Positions 58,820 through 64,000 of a stretch of DNA of 64,000 bases are shown here, in pieces. The position numbers were made by a program, and so were the translations under genes. This DNA is from Sumerlaeia bacterium (GTDB lineage Bacteria > Sumerlaeota > Sumerlaeia > SLMS01 > JAHLLQ01). The notes below the pieces were generated by a model that was given only the letters and a program-made list of their open reading frames with translations, made no database searches and was not told the DNA's origin. Location of the stretch: positions 1-64,000 of the forward strand of contig JAVJSW010000030.1 of the NCBI GenBank assembly GCA_040219255.1. The letters are read 5' to 3'. Within the stretch, counting starts at the first letter, position 1. Each line of letters starts with the position of its first letter.

Positions 58820-60567
58820 CCGCTTCGAAAGATGCCCCACGCCTGGTATCCCGCGCCCCGCAGGAAGGTCTGCCAGAGTTCTTCGAATTGAAGGACACGA
58901 ACACCGTCGGCCGCCACCCGAGCAACACGATCACCATCCCGCTGGACAGCATTTCCCGCTTTCACGCCCGCGTCGATCAGCGCGGCAAATTCTTCATTAT
59001 TCAGGACCTGAACTCCTCCAACGGGACCTTCGTGAACGGCGAGCGCATTACCCAGATGACGCTCAATAACAACGACGCGGTGACTTTTGGCGCCATCGAG
59101 TTTCTTTTCGTGAACGACCGCGATAAGTCGAGCGGCTTTGGCCGGGGCGACGAGAGCGCGCTTTCGATCGTGGATATCCGCGACGACCGCCAGGACGCTT
59201 ACAAACCCCGCACCGAAAGCATCATCCGCAGCGAGGACACGAAAGACCCGTCCTCGGTGATGGCCGAGGCCAGCAGCCGCACCGCCGACAAGCAGACGCT
59301 GATGCGGCTGAACAACCGGCTTTCGACGCTTTTCCGTTTGTCGGAAATGCTGCGGCAGGGCGAGGGGCTCTCCGAAGCGGACATCGTGGAGCGAACGCTG
59401 GACCTGATCTTCGACGCCGTGGTCGCCGACCGGGCGGTGGTGATGACGCGGACGTCGCCCGATGTGGACGATTTGGACGTGGCGGCGGTGCGTTACCGCG
59501 ACCAGCCGATCGTGGCGGAGAAGAAAGTGTCCATTTCGCGGACGATCCTGGAGCAAGTGACGGAGCAGCGGGTGGCGATCCTCTCGCGCGATTCGATGCA
59601 GGACGACCGTTTCGAGGCCAGCGAGTCCATCGTGCTCAACAAAGTGCGCGCGGTGATGTGCGTGCCGATGGTTCGGCGCGACCGGGTGCTGGGGGTGGTT
59701 CACCTGGAGACGACGAGCACCTCGCGCACGTTCAGCCGCGACGACCTGGAATTCGTGCATATCATCGCCACGGAGCTTTGCGCGGCGCTGGAGAACATGC
59801 GCCTGCGCAAGGACGCGGAGCACCGCGAGCGGCTGGCCGCCGTCGGCGAGGCGATGGCCGGGGTCAGCCACAATATCAAGAATATCCTGCTGCTCATGCA
59901 GGGCGGCAGCGACCTGCTCTCCCGCTCTTTCGACAAGAACGATCTGGAGGGAGCCCAGGATTCGTGGGGCGTGGTGGCGCGGGGCATCGAGAAGATCGGC
60001 CGCCTGGTGAAGGAAATGCTGAATTATTCGAGTCAGCGGGCCCCCGACCTGACGATGGTGGATCTGAACGATCTGATTTGTGCCACCGCCGAGGAAATCC
60101 AGGAGGAAGTGCTCAACAAGGGCGTGACCTTGGAACTCGACCTGGACGAGCGCATCACGCCGCGGCCGCTCGACGAGCCCGGGCTCTCGCGCACGCTGGC
60201 GAACCTGATCGTCAATTCGATGGAAGCGATCAGCCACAACGAGGGCGAAATCGTCGTGACGACACAGTTGAAGGACGACGCGGCCAAGACGATCCAACTG
60301 ACGGTGCGCGACAACGGGCACGGAATCCCGCAGGAGAAGCTCGACAAGATCTTCATGCCCTTCTTCACCACGAAGGGTTCGAAGGGCACCGGTCTGGGTC
60401 TGCCGATGTGCAAGAAAGTGGTCGAGGACATGGGCGGGACCATGCGCGTCGAATCGGAGGAAGGCATTGGCACCGCTTTCGTGATCACCTTGCCTCGCCT
60501 CGATGACTCCGCGACCCAGCTCGACGACAAGGACACGGACGCGGAGAGCGAAAGCGACTCGTACTAA
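58816..60567 (+). CDS. Cytoplasmic FHA-GAF histidine kinase
   Basis: FHA (VGR, ISRFHA, DLNSSNGTFVNG), GAF, H-box SHNIKN, DNGHG, GTGLGL. Confidence 0.92.
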   Translation: MTASKDAPRLVSRAPQEGLPEFFELKDTNTVGRHPSNTITIPLDSISRFHARVDQRGKFFIIQDLNSSNGTFVNGERITQMTLNNNDAVTFGAIEFLFVNDRDKSSGFGRGDESALSIVDIRDDRQDAYKPRTESIIRSEDTKDPSSVMAEASSRTADKQTLMRLNNRLSTLFRLSEMLRQGEGLSEADIVERTLDLIFDAVVADRAVVMTRTSPDVDDLDVAAVRYRDQPIVAEKKVSISRTILEQVTEQRVAILSRDSMQDDRFEASESIVLNKVRAVMCVPMVRRDRVLGVVHLETTSTSRTFSRDDLEFVHIIATELCAALENMRLRKDAEHRERLAAVGEAMAGVSHNIKNILLLMQGGSDLLSRSFDKNDLEGAQDSWGVVARGIEKIGRLVKEMLNYSSQRAPDLTMVDLNDLICATAEEIQEEVLNKGVTLELDLDERITPRPLDEPGLSRTLANLIVNSMEAISHNEGEIVVTTQLKDDAAKTIQLTVRDNGHGIPQEKLDKIFMPFFTTKGSKGTGLGLPMCKKVVEDMGGTMRVESEEGIGTAFVITLPRLDDSATQLDDKDTDAESESDSY

Positions 60568-60589
60568 CCCTGCCACCCGTTGGTCATTG

Positions 60590-62290
60590 ATGATCCCTCG
60601 ATTTTTGAAAACCCTGGCTCTCGTGGGAGCCTTCTGCCTCATTCTGGCCGGCCGGCTCGCCGCCGAAACGACGTCCTGGCCCATTTACGCCGAGACCGAC
60701 GATCTCGCCACGAGCACCACCGAGCGCTGGATCGTCTGGCCCTTCCTGCATGCGCGCGAAAATTCCGAGGAGAGCCTGCGGGCCCTCCATCCGCTCTACT
60801 CCCGCCATCGCGACAAGGCCACCAGCGAGACGTATACGAGCGTCCTCTGGCCATTTCTCCGGTCTCGCTATCGGCCGGAAACGCCGAGCGCCACCCAGCG
60901 CACGTCTCTCTCCATCGAGCCAATCCTCTACAGCACCACCGGCCGCGAGAAGATTTCCGGCGAGCCCTTTTACTACCAATACCTGCTGCCGTTCTTTTTT
61001 CGCGGCGGCCAGGGCGGCACGTCGTCCGGCGCGACGGACCGGAAGTACACCGTGTTTTTCCCCTTCATCTGGTACGCGAACGACGCGAAGGTTGTGATCC
61101 CAACCTTTCCGAAGAGCCGTCCTCAATCCTTCCAGGCCTTCTGGCCCTTCGTCGGGGCCTTTCGGGGTTACTGGAATCGCGACCTGATCGAGTTCATCGC
61201 CTGGCCCTTCTACGTTCATAGCGTGGACAGTTCCGGCATCGACCAGTTCGAGAAAACCAGCGTTGTCTGGCCGTTCCTGTCAAAGTACAGCGGCGACCCG
61301 GCGGCGCAAAACGAAGGCGCTGGCGGGGGAGGGATCGGCGGCTGGGGCTTCTGGCCCTTCTACCACCGGGTCGAAAAAGAAGGCGAGTTTTTCCGCGCGT
61401 CGTTCCTCTGGCCGCTGGGCCACCGGCGCACGGGCCGCATCAGCGAGAAGAACCTGAACGAGCAGGACGTGACGCTGTTCCTGCCTTTCTACGGAAAAGT
61501 GCGCCGCCCGAATTTCGATTACGATATGGTTTTTCCTGTTTACGGTAAGCTTTCCATGAAGGGCCGGGAAGTGCGTGGCTATGGCCTTGGCTTCTATAAC
61601 GAAGACGACAATTATCGCACCGGCGTCCGCGAGCATCGCCTTGCGTGGTTCATCGGCCGCTGGACCAGTGACATCGAGAAGCGCCCGGAAGTCGCCCAGG
61701 AGCGGGCAGACCCGATGCGCGGTGGCGGTGTCTTCCCATTCTACCTCGACTACGAAAACGACTCGGGAACAAAAACCCGCAAGACCATCGTATGGCCCTT
61801 CTATACCCATAAGTACACGAAGTACATCGATGGCGAAGAATGGGACCGAACCTATTTAGCGCCCTTCTACACCAATCGCGTTCGGACGACGCCCGATGGT
61901 TTGACGACGCGAAAGAAGTTCGTTTTCCCGTTCTTCCGCTCCACCAAGCAGACCGACGGCACGGTGAAGCGCAACTGGCTGCACTTGTTCCCCTACACCG
62001 ACAGCCCGCCGATGGATCGCCATTGGGCGCCGCTGTGGACGGTTTACGACCGGTATGAGGACCCGAGCACCGGCGCCGAAGGTCTGGACGTCGCTGGGGG
62101 CCTTTATCAGAACGAAACGGACGGCGCGGGGACGTGGCGTAAGAAGCTGGAAATGCTGGTCTTCAGCACCGAAAAGAAAGACGCGCCGGACCAGCCCCGG
62201 GAAGTCCACACCCAACTCTTCTGGGGGCTGGCTGGTTATCACAAGGTGGGCGAGAAGGAGCAGACGGAACTGCTCTGGATGAAGTTTTAG
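60590..62290 (+). CDS. Secreted protein with repeated WPF/FPF motifs
   Basis: Signal peptide; many [W/F/L]P[F/L][Y/F/L] units; ends ELLWMKF. Confidence 0.75.
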   Translation: MIPRFLKTLALVGAFCLILAGRLAAETTSWPIYAETDDLATSTTERWIVWPFLHARENSEESLRALHPLYSRHRDKATSETYTSVLWPFLRSRYRPETPSATQRTSLSIEPILYSTTGREKISGEPFYYQYLLPFFFRGGQGGTSSGATDRKYTVFFPFIWYANDAKVVIPTFPKSRPQSFQAFWPFVGAFRGYWNRDLIEFIAWPFYVHSVDSSGIDQFEKTSVVWPFLSKYSGDPAAQNEGAGGGGIGGWGFWPFYHRVEKEGEFFRASFLWPLGHRRTGRISEKNLNEQDVTLFLPFYGKVRRPNFDYDMVFPVYGKLSMKGREVRGYGLGFYNEDDNYRTGVREHRLAWFIGRWTSDIEKRPEVAQERADPMRGGGVFPFYLDYENDSGTKTRKTIVWPFYTHKYTKYIDGEEWDRTYLAPFYTNRVRTTPDGLTTRKKFVFPFFRSTKQTDGTVKRNWLHLFPYTDSPPMDRHWAPLWTVYDRYEDPSTGAEGLDVAGGLYQNETDGAGTWRKKLEMLVFSTEKKDAPDQPREVHTQLFWGLAGYHKVGEKEQTELLWMKF

Positions 62291-62291
62291 G

Positions 62292-64000
62292 CTACTCCCC
62301 GTTTCGCTCCCGCACCCGTCGCTCTTCGGCTTTGACGCGGTTGCGAAGGAAGCCGTAGCCGAGCCCCGCGACGATCGTCAGCAACCCGACGCCGAGGAAG
62401 GCGATGGCTTTGGTCATGGTGTCGCTGCCCTCCAGCTCCACCAGGAAAATCCGCAAGATCGCCATCCCGAGCAGCACCAGTCCGGCCCCGCGCAGGGTCT
62501 TGTCCTTGACCGCGAAGCCCGCCGCCAACGACGCGACGGCGATCCCGCCCCAGGTTACCGTCACCAGATTTCGGGGAATCAGGACCTCGGTGCTGAGGAA
62601 CAGCACGATCAGGCCCACGCCGGTACCGGTGATCCAGTGGCCACCGGCCTCTTCCTCCAGCGAAGGGGCGTTCCCGGCCGGGCGGCGGCTCCACACAAAG
62701 CGCAGGGCCTGCGCGGCGAGGAGTAACCCGCCGCCAACAACGAGTCCCAGCTGGGCTTCTCCGAGAGTGGTCGATCGATCCTCGAAAGCGGATAGGATGA
62801 ACAGCAACGGCACCGCGCCGCACAATCCCATGCCCCAGTAGATGGCGGCCTGACTGCGGCGCCACAGCCCCAACGCCAGCAGCCCCGCGCCCACGGGCAG
62901 CAGCACCGCCGTGGAACCGACCTCCAGCCGCCCGTGCACCAGGATGGCGGCGGAGATCGTGATGAGAGCGCCGCCAGCGGTGATGGCTTCAAGGATGCGA
63001 GGACGGGACTCGGCGGGGCGGAGCGTGCTTCGCAGCCAAACCCCGAGCAGGGCGGCCGCGATCACCGAGGCCGAGACCAAGCTGTCGCGGGCGTCGAGAG
63101 AGACCGCGACGAGGACTCCGTAGCCGACGAGCAGTACCCCCGCCAGCACACCAACCCGAGCCCACGCAAGCGGCGCCAGGTCCCGGCGGACGGTTCCTTC
63201 TTCTGCCAGATCGCCGACGAAAGCGGGCAGCGCGGGCAGCCGGTTGAAGAGCAGTTCGGCGGCGATGAAGGCGCCCCCGCAAAACGCCAGCGCCAGGCCC
63301 AGCATGGGCTCCGTGCTCTCGACCGTCCGATACGTCCACGGCAAGAACCCGACCCCGATCCCGGCGGCGAAGAGGCAGAAGATCGTGCTCTCGAACGGCG
63401 AGCGCGCCCGGCGCGCCAGAGAGTTCAGCAATCCCAGCATAATCAGCGCCAGCGTCCAGAGCACCATGGCCTCGCCGCTCGTCAGACCTTCCCAGGCCTG
63501 TATGTTCGAAGAGAGCATCGCCAGGCCGAGCAACACCGCCGCGGCGAGGCTCCAGGCACGCGCCCGCAGGAACAGCCGGCCGCCCAGCAGCACCAGTCCC
63601 ACAAGGAACACGGCCGCCACATTCTGCGCGTTCGTCCAGTTCGTTTGGAATAAGACCACCAGTGCCACCAGCGCCGCCGCCAGGACCCGCAGTCGGCCGG
63701 ACAGACTCTCGAGCGCGCGAACGGACGCGTGCTCGGTCCAGGGCCTCGGCCGTGGCCGCAGCAACTCCCAAGGCAGAGCCGACGCCGCGATCATCGCCAA
63801 AGGCGCCAGAGCGATCAGGACCTCCAGGTTCGTCAGCGGGCCTCCGCCGCCATAGGAGAAAATCGCCAGCCCTGCCGACCCGATGCTGAGCGGCCGCAGC
63901 AGCGCGATGTCCTTGGCCCAGGACGCCGCGACCGCCACCGCCAGGGTCAACGCGGCCAGCGCGGCGGCTTCTCCGATGCCGGTGAACTGTGTCACCAGCG
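62292..64000 (-). CDS. DUF2339-like polytopic membrane protein (5' part outside window)
   Basis: Many TMs; C-terminal LRGAGLVLLG.AILRIFLVEL...KAIAFLGVGLL pattern. Confidence 0.7.
   Translation of the reverse strand, partial: LVTQFTGIGEAAALAALTLAVAVAASWAKDIALLRPLSIGSAGLAIFSYGGGGPLTNLEVLIALAPLAMIAASALPWELLRPRPRPWTEHASVRALESLSGRLRVLAAALVALVVLFQTNWTNAQNVAAVFLVGLVLLGGRLFLRARAWSLAAAVLLGLAMLSSNIQAWEGLTSGEAMVLWTLALIMLGLLNSLARRARSPFESTIFCLFAAGIGVGFLPWTYRTVESTEPMLGLALAFCGGAFIAAELLFNRLPALPAFVGDLAEEGTVRRDLAPLAWARVGVLAGVLLVGYGVLVAVSLDARDSLVSASVIAAALLGVWLRSTLRPAESRPRILEAITAGGALITISAAILVHGRLEVGSTAVLLPVGAGLLALGLWRRSQAAIYWGMGLCGAVPLLFILSAFEDRSTTLGEAQLGLVVGGGLLLAAQALRFVWSRRPAGNAPSLEEEAGGHWITGTGVGLIVLFLSTEVLIPRNLVTVTWGGIAVASLAAGFAVKDKTLRGAGLVLLGMAILRIFLVELEGSDTMTKAIAFLGVGLLTIVAGLGYGFLRNRVKAEERRVRERNGE

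Overview
High-GC bacterial chromosomal window with about 58 genes and no rRNA, tRNA or CRISPR detected. Two paralogous pilin-like genes (AFTLIELL...AQVRSK...YDPTNGTxSxGDI) and secreted proteins ending in short Trp-containing tails suggest Candidatus Sumerlaeota (BRC1) or a relative; this is an inference, not a marker-gene result. The window holds: the 3' end of an IS5-family element inserted just downstream of a Panacea-type antitoxin and a PspA-like gene; many envelope glycosyltransferases (GT9, GT87-like, two GT2, WecA-like, ArnT-like, PMT-like); nitrogen genes (amt, glnA, glnB); DnaC-like and DnaD-like replication proteins; scpA-scpB-pseudouridine synthase; rimO; an ABC transporter-lipocalin unit; aroQ, sfsA; signalling genes; and two FG-GAP surface proteins. 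The most interesting leads are (1) an identical C-terminal GWMAR tail on two unrelated secreted proteins plus a related VPQWTLFE tail, suggesting an uncharacterised sorting signal; (2) a 49-aa YxxP peptide behind a large FG-GAP protein that resembles an orphan RiPP precursor; (3) a dispersed family of 8-10-nt periodic intergenic repeats, often in inverted pairs; (4) in-frame AT-rich patches inside GC-rich genes; (5) a probable ATT start codon; and (6) an IS-disrupted candidate toxin. All calls come from reading motifs by eye; no database search was run.
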